From NCBI GenBank assembly GCA_040397175.1, contig JBBAWM010000001.1:121976-185975 (forward strand): a stretch of DNA of 64,000 bases, written 5' to 3'. The notes beneath the pieces were generated by a model. That model saw nothing but the letters and a program-made list of their open reading frames with translations. It searched no databases and was not told the DNA's origin. The stretch is from Candidatus Limnocylindrus sp. (GTDB taxonomy: Bacteria; Chloroflexota; Limnocylindria; Limnocylindrales; Limnocylindraceae). Numbering within the stretch: the stretch's first letter is position 1; each line of letters begins with the position of its first letter. A program made the translations under genes and the position numbers. Of this stretch, positions 20,227-30,247 are shown piece by piece.

Positions 20227-21123
20227 ATGCCATCAGCACCACTCGGATTTGCCACTCGACATCCGCGCCTTGGGGCAGCGCTTGGCGCCGTCGCTATCTC
20301 GCAATCCTCGACACTCGCCAAGCTTTCCGGCGGAACACCCGCGGTCGTCACGCTATTTCGTGGCGCAATCTCACTGCCCTTCCTCTGGTTGATCGCACGC
20401 CGTGAGGGGCACAGCGCCGCACGACGTGATCGACTTCTGGCCGTCGGTGCCGGAGCGCTCTTCGCGCTTGATCTGCAGTGCTTCCACATCTCTATTCCGC
20501 TGCTCGGTGTGGGCCTGGCAACCGTGGTGCCGAATGCGCAGGTCTTCATCGTGGGCATCTATGCCGCGCTCACGGGGGAGCGCACCCCAGGTCGCGCCAT
20601 TGCGGCCATCCCCTTTGCCTTCCTCGGACTTGCGCTGCTTGCCCGAGTGGTTGACCCGTTCTCTGGCGCACTCAACGTGTCCGCCGGTAGCAACCCAGCC
20701 CTGGGCGTGTTGTGGGGACTCGGCGCGGCAAGCTTCTACGGCCTCTATCTGGTGATCACGCGGCGCATCTCTTCGGGCTCCAGCGCCGTGGGGCCATTCG
20801 GCATGCTGCGCGATGCGGCGTTCGGCACCATTGCGGTGTCGGGGCTCATCGCCATTGCCGGCGGAACGATCCTTCCGCCGGATCTGTGGCCGGGGGTCGG
20901 CTACCTGGTGCTCCTCGCCCTCATGTCGCAGGTGCTCGGCTACCCGCTGATCAACGCCTCGATCCCGCACCTACCGAGCGTTGTGGGCTCGGTACTGCTC
21001 TTTGTGCAGCCGCTCATGACCGTGGTGGCGGGGGCGCTGATCTTCGGCGAAATCCCAGCCCCTGGGCAACTGCTCGGCGCGCTGATCCTCTTCGGCGGGG
21101 TGTTGGTCGCGGCGCGCCGCTAG
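20227..21123 (+). CDS. DMT/EamA family transporter
   Basis: About 10 TMs with duplicated EamA signatures. Start set by TATCGT 6 nt upstream. Confidence 0.85.
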   Translation: MPSAPLGFATRHPRLGAALGAVAISQSSTLAKLSGGTPAVVTLFRGAISLPFLWLIARREGHSAARRDRLLAVGAGALFALDLQCFHISIPLLGVGLATVVPNAQVFIVGIYAALTGERTPGRAIAAIPFAFLGLALLARVVDPFSGALNVSAGSNPALGVLWGLGAASFYGLYLVITRRISSGSSAVGPFGMLRDAAFGTIAVSGLIAIAGGTILPPDLWPGVGYLVLLALMSQVLGYPLINASIPHLPSVVGSVLLFVQPLMTVVAGALIFGEIPAPGQLLGALILFGGVLVAARR

Positions 21124-22073
21124 GCGGGCGTGCGGAGCGTCAAGAGTCGCGCCGGATTCTCCACCGTCATCGTCTTGATCGTTGCCGCGTTGACCCCCGC
21201 CGCAGCAAGGCTTGGCAAGAAGCTCTTCTGCAGATAGGTGTAGCCGTTACCACCGTAAGAAGCGAGCTGCGAGTCGTGGCACACATCTTGGCTGAGCAAG
21301 ATCTGCTTCTCGAACCCCTCGTTGAGGAGTGTGCTGATCAGCTCGACGACCTTCGGTTCTCCAGCCCGCTCGAGCGGCGTGAAACTCATCCCCAAGAAGT
21401 CGGCCTCGACATGCGCGCCACGGCGTACGATCTCGCGCCAATGTTCAATCCGTGGATGCGAGTCGCAGTGGCCAATCACAATGCGCGCGGGGTCGAGCCC
21501 TTCATCTTCAAGAATCGCGAGTTGCGCCAGGCCAACATCGCTTTGCACCGCATGGGTGGTGACCGAGGCACCGGTGCGAAGCGCGGCACGGGCGGCGGCG
21601 CGGAAGACGCGCTCCTCTTGCGCGGTGACCCACGGCTTGTCGGTGCCGATTTCGCCGATGACCCCTGGTCGCACTGGGCCGTCGACAAACTCCTGCACGA
21701 TCTCGTTGGCAAGATCGTCGATGGAGCGTCGATCGATGCGCGCCTCGGCGGGGTAGTAGGCCTGGCGATACCAGCCGGCACCGGCAACGATGTGCAGTCC
21801 GGTCGCCTGCGACAGGCGAGCCAGCCGTGTCAGATCTCGTCCGATGCCAATCGGCGTCACGTCAACCAGGGTGCCGCCGCCGAGTGCCTTATAGGCGCCC
21901 AGTTCTTCGTTGATGCGGGGCTCATCGCCGATCAGCTCCCAGTAATCCCAGCGGTTCTCGATCCACCAGAGGCTGCACTTGGTGTGCTCGTGGGGGAGGG
22001 TGAATCCGAGGTCACCAGGCGCCACGGGGCCGAGGACGGTTTGGACCTGACCGGGGGCGGCACGGCTGCTCAT
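21120..22073 (-). CDS. phosphotriesterase-related protein (PTE/PHP family)
   Basis: QTVLGP, TLPHEH, GRD, GEIG, IGHCD and LLSQD motifs. Confidence 0.92.
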   Translation of the reverse strand: MSSRAAPGQVQTVLGPVAPGDLGFTLPHEHTKCSLWWIENRWDYWELIGDEPRINEELGAYKALGGGTLVDVTPIGIGRDLTRLARLSQATGLHIVAGAGWYRQAYYPAEARIDRRSIDDLANEIVQEFVDGPVRPGVIGEIGTDKPWVTAQEERVFRAAARAALRTGASVTTHAVQSDVGLAQLAILEDEGLDPARIVIGHCDSHPRIEHWREIVRRGAHVEADFLGMSFTPLERAGEPKVVELISTLLNEGFEKQILLSQDVCHDSQLASYGGNGYTYLQKSFLPSLAAAGVNAATIKTMTVENPARLLTLRTPA

Positions 22074-22205
22074 GGGGGCATCCTACGGCCTGTGCAGCCT
22101 ACGCAACCTATTGGCAGCACGTTCGTGAGCGTGGGATCATCGCCCCCAAGGCGTAGAGGTGGCCCGCTGGGCCTGCCCCGCCGGAATATGAGAGGTAGTG
22201 ACGAG

Positions 22206-23120
22206 ATGAAGATCAAGTCAACACTCCTGGCGCTCCTTACGGGCGCCGCCCTCGTGGCCGGAGCCTGTGGTAGCTCAACCGCGAGCCCAAGCGCAAGCGC
22301 CGCAGCAGGCACCGTTTGCGAGAAGGCAATCGCCGCTGGCGAGCCAACTACGAGCCTCCTTGGCTCAATCTGCGCGGCAAAGGTCATCAAGATCGCAACC
22401 GACCCAGCATATCCACCGTATTCTTCGCTGGATGCTTCCGGTGAGTACGTTGGATTTGACTCCGACACCGCTCGCGAGGTCGCGAAGCGCCTCGGAGTCA
22501 CAATCGAATGGGTCACACCTGATTGGTCCGCAATCACCGCCGGCAACTGGGCCGGCCGATGGGACCTCTCGATCGGTTCAATGACGCAGACCGCAGAGCG
22601 CGCAGCCGTCGTGGACTTTATTGATCCGTATTTCTACGAAGCTGGGTACGTCATCGTGCCAACTGATTCAACAGCAACCACGCTTGCCGATCTCGCTGGC
22701 AAGGTTGGTTGTGCCGGTGAGGCCACGACCCACTCCCAGTGGATCGAGGGGAAGCTCACGACAAACACATATCTTGAGGTATACAACGCTCCGCCAGCTG
22801 ACGCTGTGTTGAAGACGTACAAGACAGACCACATGTGCATTGAGGCCTACCTCGCCGGTCGTACGAACGACTGGGAGTTCATGGCACAGAGCAAAGAGTT
22901 CCTTACCTCAGCAGTTGCTGAGTCGAATGGGACGCTGAAGTTCCTGAGCGATAAGGCAAACTTCTCAAGCCAGGTCTCGTTCGCGTTGGATAAGAGCGGC
23001 AAGCCAGACGCAACGTTGCTTGCAGAGCTCAACGCTATCGTCAAGGCAATGCATGACGATGGAACGCTTTCAGCACTCTCAATCAAGAATCTCGACGGCG
23101 TCGACAAGTCGAAGCCGTAA
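22206..23120 (+). CDS. amino-acid ABC transporter substrate-binding lipoprotein (family 3)
   Basis: Lipobox AGAC; DPAYPPYS, GFDSD.AREVAKRLG and SMTQTAERA. The 802-aa ORF call is an upstream read-through artefact. Confidence 0.9.
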   Translation: MKIKSTLLALLTGAALVAGACGSSTASPSASAAAGTVCEKAIAAGEPTTSLLGSICAAKVIKIATDPAYPPYSSLDASGEYVGFDSDTAREVAKRLGVTIEWVTPDWSAITAGNWAGRWDLSIGSMTQTAERAAVVDFIDPYFYEAGYVIVPTDSTATTLADLAGKVGCAGEATTHSQWIEGKLTTNTYLEVYNAPPADAVLKTYKTDHMCIEAYLAGRTNDWEFMAQSKEFLTSAVAESNGTLKFLSDKANFSSQVSFALDKSGKPDATLLAELNAIVKAMHDDGTLSALSIKNLDGVDKSKP

Positions 23121-23154
23121 CTCGAACGTAATAGGTATCTGAACGCGGATACCG

Positions 23155-23189
23155 CTCGGAGGGGGCGTGGTAGCCACGCCCCCTCCGAG
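23155..23189 (+). terminator. 16-bp perfect hairpin followed by a U-rich tract (partial terminator or stabiliser)
   Basis: CTCGGAGGGGGCGTGG-TAG-CCACGCCCCCTCCGAG, then ATTATTTGTT. Confidence 0.75.
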
Positions 23190-23228
23190 ATTATTTGTTG
23201 ATTTTGTAGCCACTGGGGGAGGGATCGA

Positions 23229-24038
23229 GTGAGCGACGAACAGCGCCTCGCACTAGCTGTCGCCGATGCCCAAGCCAGTCGCGCGAAGGCATGGAGCCGT
23301 CGATTCCGTCTCACCTGGGGTGCCGTCGTCGCCCTCCTGCTGATCTTCATTGCGACCTCTCTCAACGTTGAGATTGGCTTCATGACGAGCGCAACTCCAT
23401 TTATCTTGGGCGGCATTGGACTAACGATTCTCGTCTCGGCTGCGTCCATAACGCTTGCCACCCTTCTTGCCACGGTTGGCGCACTTGGCCGCCTCTCCGG
23501 GAACGCCGTGATCAACGGGATCGCCTCGTTCTACGTGAGCTTCTTCCGCGGTACCCCACTCATCTTGCAGTTGCTCTTCTGGTACCTCGCGCTGCCGCAG
23601 GTGGGGATCGTGCTCGACCCGATCCTGTGCGCGATCGTGGCGCTTGGCATGAATTACGGCGCTTACATGACGGAGATCTTCCGTGCTGGCGTGCAGGCGG
23701 TACCGCTCGGTCAGCATGAGGCCGCCGCAGCCCTTGGTATGTCGGGCCGCACCGCCTTCTTGCGCATCATCGCCCCGCAGGCGTTCCGCATTATTGTGCC
23801 AGCGATCGGTAATGACTTTGTCGCGATGCTCAAAGACTCGGCGCTCGCCTCAACGGTCTCGCTGCATGAGATTCTGTGGAGGGCACAGAACATTGGCGCG
23901 CAAAAGTTCAAGACGCTACAAACCTTCATGATTGCGGCCATGGTGTATTGGGTGCTGACAATCGTCTTTACCGCCCTGCAGAATCGCATTGAGAGCCGCC
24001 TCTCAGCTGGCGATCGAAATAAGACGGTGCGAGGATGA
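23229..24038 (+). CDS. amino-acid ABC transporter permease
   Basis: [27 protein letters not shown] and LKDSAL motifs. Confidence 0.93.
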   Translation: MSDEQRLALAVADAQASRAKAWSRRFRLTWGAVVALLLIFIATSLNVEIGFMTSATPFILGGIGLTILVSAASITLATLLATVGALGRLSGNAVINGIASFYVSFFRGTPLILQLLFWYLALPQVGIVLDPILCAIVALGMNYGAYMTEIFRAGVQAVPLGQHEAAAALGMSGRTAFLRIIAPQAFRIIVPAIGNDFVAMLKDSALASTVSLHEILWRAQNIGAQKFKTLQTFMIAAMVYWVLTIVFTALQNRIESRLSAGDRNKTVRG

Positions 24039-24898
24039 GTGACATGAAGAGCCTCTCGAATACGCCAGATGCGCACCCAATGCATCCTGCTGAAAAGCCA
24101 GGAGTTCTGGTGAAGCCTGGAGCCGAACCGGTGCTCAAGGCAACCAACATCACCAAGTGGTTCGGCGAAAATCATGTGCTGCGCGGCGCGTCCATCACGG
24201 TATGGCCAGGTGAAACCGTCTGCATCCTGGGACGTTCAGGGTCTGGAAAGAGCACTTTCCTGCGCAGCTTGAACTTCTTGGAAGATCCCACCGACGGCAC
24301 CGTCGAGATTGATGGCGTCATCGTCGGCGCTGACCCGTTCCATAAAGAGGGGAGCGAGCGTCAAGGGCGCATCCGAGACGTGCGCATGCGCGCTGGCATG
24401 GTCTTCCAGGAGTTCAACCTCTTCCCGCACCTAAGCGTGATCGAGAACTGCGTGGAAGCACCCGTGCACGTGAAGAAGTTGGACCGCAAGGAGGCTGAGG
24501 CGATCGCGGAGAAGTACCTCGCCAAGGTTGGGCTGCTCGAGAAGCGCGACGAATATCCTTCACGACTCTCCGGCGGACAGCGCCAGCGCGTTGCCATTGC
24601 CCGCGCACTGACGATGCAGCCGAAGGTTCTGCTTTTTGACGAGCCAACCTCGGCGCTCGACCCAACGTTGGTCGGCGAGGTGCTCAAGGTGATGGCTGAC
24701 TTGGCGCACGAGGGGCGAACCATGATCGTGGTTACCCACGAGATGGACTTCGCGCATGAGGCGGCTGACCGCGTCTACTACATGGATCAGGGCGAGTTCG
24801 CCGAGGTCGGGCCACCAGAGCAGGTGATTGACGCGCCGAAGGACCCACGCACCAAGGAATTCCTTTCGCGCTTCCGCACCCTCGGCGGAAAGAAGTAG
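24035..24898 (+). CDS. amino-acid ABC transporter ATP-binding protein
   Basis: [34 protein letters not shown] and VTHEM motifs. Confidence 0.95.
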   Translation: MSDMKSLSNTPDAHPMHPAEKPGVLVKPGAEPVLKATNITKWFGENHVLRGASITVWPGETVCILGRSGSGKSTFLRSLNFLEDPTDGTVEIDGVIVGADPFHKEGSERQGRIRDVRMRAGMVFQEFNLFPHLSVIENCVEAPVHVKKLDRKEAEAIAEKYLAKVGLLEKRDEYPSRLSGGQRQRVAIARALTMQPKVLLFDEPTSALDPTLVGEVLKVMADLAHEGRTMIVVTHEMDFAHEAADRVYYMDQGEFAEVGPPEQVIDAPKDPRTKEFLSRFRTLGGKK

Positions 24899-24900
24899 CC

Positions 24901-26061
24901 ATGGCGGGCGGCGCACCCGACCTGCTGGTGGTGGGCGGCGGTGTCTGGGGAACCTGGACCGCACTGCAGGCGCGACGACTCGGCGCCACCGTGCAGCTGA
25001 TCGAAGAGCGCGAGCCCGGTGACGCAAAGACCACCTCGGGTGACTACAGCCGCATCATTCGACACTCCCATGGAGAGGACGCGCTGCTGATGGGCTGGGT
25101 ACAGCGTGCGCGAACTGCATGGCAGGAGCTCGGCGAACAGGCGGGCGAGCAGATCCTTGTGGAGAGCGGCGTTGCCTGGTTTGTTTCGGGCGCCGGCATC
25201 TGGGAGGCCAGCTCTGAAGCGCGGATGCGCGAGGCTGGTGTGCCGTGCGAGCGCATCACGCCAGAAGAGGCGCTGCGCCGCTGGCCAAGCCTCGGCACCG
25301 AAGGCCTGTCATCTGTGCTTTACGAACCGACCGCCGGCTTCTTGCGCGCGGGGAACGGCGTGCGCGCAGCGGCGCGCATGTTCGAGCGCGAGGGTGGCGT
25401 GATTACGCGTGGTCGCGCAAGGCCGGCGACCGATGGCAGTGCGCTCGACGCGAGTGGGGCACCGATCGCCGCCGGCGCAACGGTGTGGGCGGCGGGGCCG
25501 TGGCTCCCGCAACTCTTTCCGCAGCTCGTTGGCGCCGATGCTGAAGCTTCGATTGTTCCGGTTCGCCGCGACGTGATCTACTTCGATGCGCCAAACATGA
25601 CTGTGGGTGACATACCAACCTGGGTCGACGAAGGGCTCGCTGTGTGGGGGATTCCCAACGACCAGGGCCACGGCGTAAAGGTTGGCCCAGAGTTTGATGC
25701 GGGGAGCTTTGATCCAAGTGTTTGGCCCGACGAGGCGCACCCAACATCGATCGCGCGAGCGCGCGAGTGCGCGGTGCGATTCCCCGCACTGAAAAGTGCA
25801 CCGGTGAAAGAGACACGCGCCTGCCAGCACGAACGCACCAAGAGTGGCCACTATGTGCTGGATCAGCATCCCGAGAGCGCTGCGATCTGGCTCGCTGGTG
25901 GTGGCTCAGGGCACGGATATAAGCAGGGGCCGATGGTGGGCGAGGTGATGGCACGTGCGGCGCTGAATAAGGACCCTCTGCATCTGCCCGATCGACGCTT
26001 CAAGTTGCGCGACCGCAGTGAGGGACCATCGAGCCCAATGGGAGAGATGGGGCTCGCCTAG
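24901..26061 (+). CDS. FAD-dependent oxidoreductase, monomeric sarcosine oxidase/SolA-like
   Basis: VVGGGVWG, SGDYSRIIR, a Cys (ACQ) at the covalent-FAD position, and GSGHGYK.GP. Confidence 0.8.
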   Translation: MAGGAPDLLVVGGGVWGTWTALQARRLGATVQLIEEREPGDAKTTSGDYSRIIRHSHGEDALLMGWVQRARTAWQELGEQAGEQILVESGVAWFVSGAGIWEASSEARMREAGVPCERITPEEALRRWPSLGTEGLSSVLYEPTAGFLRAGNGVRAAARMFEREGGVITRGRARPATDGSALDASGAPIAAGATVWAAGPWLPQLFPQLVGADAEASIVPVRRDVIYFDAPNMTVGDIPTWVDEGLAVWGIPNDQGHGVKVGPEFDAGSFDPSVWPDEAHPTSIARARECAVRFPALKSAPVKETRACQHERTKSGHYVLDQHPESAAIWLAGGGSGHGYKQGPMVGEVMARAALNKDPLHLPDRRFKLRDRSEGPSSPMGEMGLA

Positions 26062-26074
26062 CCCCAGGCGCCGC

Positions 26075-27211
26075 CTAGCGCGGCGTGGTTTCGGAGGCGA
26101 GGAACTCGCGAACGAGCGACTGGAAGTGATGCACCCCGTTCTCACGGAGCGCGGAGAAGCGCCCCGAGGTGTAGGCGGTCGACTTCAGGCCCCGCTGGAC
26201 CTGCTCGCAGATCACGATGTCCTCCTGCTGGATCTGGTCGCTGAAGGCGATCCCCTGCTGCATCGACTCCCACCCTGGCCCGGTTCCAGGCGAGGCGAAG
26301 TACCACTCGAAGATGGTCAGGGTGCGGTTCGGCCCGAGCGGGATGACGAGGTTCAACGAGAGGTTGTCGGGGTAGAGGTTCAACATCATGTTCGGGAAGC
26401 ACCAGTAGTAGAGGGCGTCATCTTCGCCCTCGCCGCTGCGAATGAAGCGGCGATCAACGCCGTGCACCTCGCCCTCCTTCAGGTCGCGAATTGGGGCGAG
26501 TGACTTGGAGTAGAAGCGATGCGGTTCCACCTTGTAGGCGTCGTAGTCGAGCTCCTTGAAGAGGTCAGGATGCGCGATCGGGATGTGATACCCCTCAAGG
26601 TAGTTGTCGACGTACACCTTCCAATTGCACTCTACGATGTAGTCGCGGCGCTCCACGAGCTGCATCTCGTCCATAGGGAACCCAGCGGCGGCAATCTCAC
26701 TCGGAATGGCGCCGAGCACTTCTTCGAGCGGTGGCGCATCGGCACTGAGGTTCGCGAAGATGAATGGTCCGAAGACGGCGGTGCGCACGGGAATGAGACC
26801 AAAATCTTCCTTACGGAACCCCTCGGTCTGGTCCATCTCTGGGCAGTTCTTGAGTGCACCGTCGAGGCCGTAGGTCCAACCGTGATAGCGGCACTGCAGG
26901 CTCTTGCGATTCCCCTTGCTCAGCGCAACTTGGCCGGCGCGATGGCGGCAGACATTGTGGAAGCCAGAAATCGTGCCATCGAGGCCGTGCACCAAGACGA
27001 TCGGCTCGTCGAGGATGTTGGCTGGCACGAAGTCGCCAGGTCGCGTGAGGTCGGCGGTGCGTGCCACGATCTGCCAGGTGCGATTGAAGATCGCGTCACG
27101 CTCGCGCTCGAAGACCTCGGGCGAGAGGTACTCGCTGGCAGTCAGGGTGTGTGCCTCACTCGTTGGAACGGGGAATCGGGCCGCCTGCTTGTCGTGCTGC
27201 GGCGTTGTCAC
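26075..27211 (-). CDS. Rieske non-heme iron oxygenase alpha subunit (choline/carnitine monooxygenase-like)
   Basis: CRH...CRYH Rieske cluster; NWKVYVDNYLEGYH...H; ED..ICE.VQRGL. Confidence 0.9.
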   Translation of the reverse strand: MTTPQHDKQAARFPVPTSEAHTLTASEYLSPEVFERERDAIFNRTWQIVARTADLTRPGDFVPANILDEPIVLVHGLDGTISGFHNVCRHRAGQVALSKGNRKSLQCRYHGWTYGLDGALKNCPEMDQTEGFRKEDFGLIPVRTAVFGPFIFANLSADAPPLEEVLGAIPSEIAAAGFPMDEMQLVERRDYIVECNWKVYVDNYLEGYHIPIAHPDLFKELDYDAYKVEPHRFYSKSLAPIRDLKEGEVHGVDRRFIRSGEGEDDALYYWCFPNMMLNLYPDNLSLNLVIPLGPNRTLTIFEWYFASPGTGPGWESMQQGIAFSDQIQQEDIVICEQVQRGLKSTAYTSGRFSALRENGVHHFQSLVREFLASETTPR

Positions 27212-27223
27212 GCGGCTACTCCG

Positions 27224-28516
27224 CTACTCCGCGGCGGCGGCGAGTTTTGCGGCGATGGCGGCGCGTGCCGCATGACGATCGCTGAAGTCGATTCCCTCCA
27301 TGTCGCCTGGGGCTAGGCCGGCGGCCCAGCCGCGTGAGGTGCGCTTCCCGTCGGCGGCGTAGCGATCGGCAACCATCAGGTCAAAGGCCTGCACGCTCGC
27401 CTCGAGCTCGGTGTAGCGGCCGGGCGGCAGCATGCTCGAGGCGGTGCCGCGCTGCTGCAGCTCGCACACATGCCAGTCCTGGCGGTTCGTCATATCCCAG
27501 AAGCCGTGCGCATCAGAGAAGTCGTAGTCGGGAAGCTTCAGCGTGTCGGGATGCAGGTACCAGTCACACACGACGCGCGATCGGCCTGGGCCGAGCGGCT
27601 CGATCATGTGGACCATCAGGTAGTCGGGGTGGAGTGAGAGGAGCAGGTTCGGCCAGACGGCGAAGTACTGGATGCGCTTCGCGTCGGTCTCGGTCATCCC
27701 CTTGAGCCATGGGCGCGAGTGCGATCCCTTGTCGAGCCCCATCGTTAGCGCCTCGCCGACGAGCGGCTGCCAGCCACCCTTCCACCAGCCACGCGCCGGA
27801 ATATCTTCGCCAAGGTCATACGGCGTGAGCGCATTCAACTGCGGATGCACACCTGGGCAGTGGTAGCACTCGGAGTAGTTCTCGACGAGGATCTTCCAGT
27901 TCGCCGCGACATCGTAGGTTTCGCGCTGGGCGAGTCGTAGTGGCGCGAAGTCGAAGCGTGCGAAGACGTCAACGAGGTCATCAAGGTAGGTGAGGAGCGG
28001 CTCAGCCTCGTTGTCCAGCGTCAAGAAGACGAAGCCCTGCCACGTTTCGCAACGCAGCGGCACCAGGTCGTAGTCGCCAGGGCTGAAACGCTTCAAATCT
28101 TCGGTGTGCTTCGCCTTCAGAAGTTTGCCGTCGGGGCCGTAGACCCAGGCGTGATATGGGCAGACGATCTTCTTCGCCTCGCCGCAGTCTGGCTTGCCGT
28201 CAGCGGGCCCTTCAATAAGAGTTGCGCCGCGGTGGCGGCAGGCATTGATGAAGGCGTGCAGCTTGTTATCTTCACCGCGCGAGACGATCACCTGCTCGCC
28301 GGCGAACTCCAGCAGTCGGTAGGAGCCAACGTTTGGCGTCTCCTCCTCGCGGCCGACGCAACGCCACTCATGACGGAAGATCTCCTGTGACTCCCAGTCG
28401 AAGATCGCCTGGTCATGAAAGACGCGTGGCGGAAACATGTCGGCTTCGTCGAAAGGTCGGCGCACGGCGGCAATGGCGGCCGGGTCGAGTGGGGCAGGGC
28501 GCTTCGCAACAATCAT
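27224..28516 (-). CDS. Rieske non-heme iron oxygenase alpha subunit (GbcA/stachydrine demethylase-like)
   Basis: CRHRG...CPYH; NWKILVENYSECYHCPGVHP; QDWHVCELQQRG. Start trimmed to MIVAKR. Confidence 0.88.
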   Translation of the reverse strand: MIVAKRPAPLDPAAIAAVRRPFDEADMFPPRVFHDQAIFDWESQEIFRHEWRCVGREEETPNVGSYRLLEFAGEQVIVSRGEDNKLHAFINACRHRGATLIEGPADGKPDCGEAKKIVCPYHAWVYGPDGKLLKAKHTEDLKRFSPGDYDLVPLRCETWQGFVFLTLDNEAEPLLTYLDDLVDVFARFDFAPLRLAQRETYDVAANWKILVENYSECYHCPGVHPQLNALTPYDLGEDIPARGWWKGGWQPLVGEALTMGLDKGSHSRPWLKGMTETDAKRIQYFAVWPNLLLSLHPDYLMVHMIEPLGPGRSRVVCDWYLHPDTLKLPDYDFSDAHGFWDMTNRQDWHVCELQQRGTASSMLPPGRYTELEASVQAFDLMVADRYAADGKRTSRGWAAGLAPGDMEGIDFSDRHAARAAIAAKLAAAAE

Positions 28517-28541
28517 GCCGCTATGGTGCCACGCCGCGGGG

Positions 28542-29252
28542 CTATTTGAGCGGGGCGTTGAGGGTGTAGACCCCTCCGCTGCGGTCGTTGACCGTGATGG
28601 TGACCATCCCCTCGCGGGTGAGCGAGGCCTTACCCGTGCTCCCCGCATCGTCGCTCAGGGCGAGGCTGCCGTAGGCCCGCACCGTGGTGCCCCGGAGCGA
28701 TGGGGCGAGCTCCGTGGTGACCGTTCCCCGCGCCTCACCGCGCCAGGCCAGGAGCGGCGCGCCACGGCCCCGCGTCGTCTCAAACGAGAACTGCGACGGA
28801 GCCGCCATGCCGAGACCGCGCAACCCAACCGTCGTTCCAAGGATCCGCTCGTTGCCAGTGAATCGCCCGATCCCCTCAACCTCGGCGGTGATCTCGGCGG
28901 CAAGATCGCCGCGTGCACCAACCGACCGCGCGGTGATGACGGATGAGGTCTCTCGGTCTTTTTCTGTAGCACTGCGCTCGCTGGAGAAGTTCGGCTGTCG
29001 ATACCCACGCCCGTAGCTGGTCGACGCTGCAACGGCGTAATAGGCGAAGCAGACGAGCGCGGCGGCGGGGATCGGCCCGCCTGGTCGGCGTACAGCAAGG
29101 AGTTGCTGCAGCGGCGCCAAGATCACGGTCTTGGTGGCGCGGCGGGCGAGGTACTGCACGAAGGTCGTGCCATCGGTCTCATAGTCGGCGCGGGCGTCGG
29201 CGCTCGGACGAAATGGGGCGCGCGTGAGTCGTTCGTTCAGTTGTTCTTTCAC
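28542..29252 (-). CDS. hypothetical protein
   Basis: 236-aa ORF filling the gap, with TAGGAT 6 nt before the GTG start. No family recognised. Confidence 0.6.
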   Translation of the reverse strand: MKEQLNERLTRAPFRPSADARADYETDGTTFVQYLARRATKTVILAPLQQLLAVRRPGGPIPAAALVCFAYYAVAASTSYGRGYRQPNFSSERSATEKDRETSSVITARSVGARGDLAAEITAEVEGIGRFTGNERILGTTVGLRGLGMAAPSQFSFETTRGRGAPLLAWRGEARGTVTTELAPSLRGTTVRAYGSLALSDDAGSTGKASLTREGMVTITVNDRSGGVYTLNAPLK

Positions 29253-29300
29253 CTCATCATCCTACGCCTTTCCTGTGGTGCTGCCGCTACACTGCTGCAG

Positions 29301-30242
29301 ATGTCCACCAGAGTCGTCTCCCGTGCCGCTACTGCTGACCTGGCGATTGCCGCCGCACTCTGGGGCGGCATGTATGTAGTCTCTGCCGAGACCTTTGCCG
29401 CGATCCCACCGGCAACGCTGGGCCTCCTCCGTCTACTGCTCGGTGTCGCCGCCCTTGCTACCTTCGCGCTCCTCCGCGGTGAGTCGCTCGGATGGGCGAA
29501 GGCACCGAAGGGTGCCGTACTGCGCGCTGGCATCGCCGTCGCTGCGTCGATCCTCTTGCAGTTCGCCGGCACCGCCCTGACATCAGCGGTTGAGGGATCG
29601 GTGGTGACGATGGCCACCCCAGTCTTCGTGCTGATCTTTGGTCGGCTCCTGGAAGGGATTCGCGTGCCGCGACAGGCCTGGCTCGGCATTGCCCTTGCCG
29701 CAATTGGTGTCGCTGCACTCGCGCTGCGCAGCAGCGGTGGCGGTGACCTTGTCGCCGATGCGAGTGCCAGCCGGCTGCTCGGCATTGCGATGCTGATCGG
29801 TGGCGGCGCAGCATGGGCGCTCTTCTCGAGCCTCGGTCGACCGATCGTTGCCGCGGTGGGGGCCCGCAACGCCGTCACGCTCAGCGCCGGACTAGCGATC
29901 CCCATGATGCTCCCGTTCGTCGTTGCGGAGCTAGCCGTTGGTGGCATTGACCTCGCCGCAGCCACGACTCCAAGCACGCTACTTGCCGTGCTCTATCTCG
30001 GCGTTGGGGCCACATCGATCGGCTGGAGTTGCTGGTACCGCGGCTATGCCGCCGCACCACCACGACTCGCCGCAGGGGTGCTCTTCTTGCAGCCGCTCGT
30101 TGCCGCCGCACTCGGCGTTGGCCTACTGAACGAAGCACTTGATTCTGGGCTGGCGCTTGGCGCACTCTTCCTGCTCGGCGGTGTGGCAATGATCTCCTTT
30201 GAACGTTCCAGCAGCACAAAGCAGAGCCGCGTGCGATCGTAG
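29301..30242 (+). CDS. DMT/EamA family transporter
   Basis: ALWGG, TPVFV and FLQPLVA motifs; about 10 TMs. Confidence 0.88.
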   Translation: MSTRVVSRAATADLAIAAALWGGMYVVSAETFAAIPPATLGLLRLLLGVAALATFALLRGESLGWAKAPKGAVLRAGIAVAASILLQFAGTALTSAVEGSVVTMATPVFVLIFGRLLEGIRVPRQAWLGIALAAIGVAALALRSSGGGDLVADASASRLLGIAMLIGGGAAWALFSSLGRPIVAAVGARNAVTLSAGLAIPMMLPFVVAELAVGGIDLAAATTPSTLLAVLYLGVGATSIGWSCWYRGYAAAPPRLAAGVLFLQPLVAAALGVGLLNEALDSGLALGALFLLGGVAMISFERSSSTKQSRVRS

Positions 30243-30247
30243 GGGGA

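Noticed and set aside
20712-23120. 802-aa ORF that looks like a large fusion protein
   Set aside because: The first ~498 codons overlap the EamA gene and run antisense to the PTE gene. The real protein starts at ATG 22206 with a lipoprotein signal.
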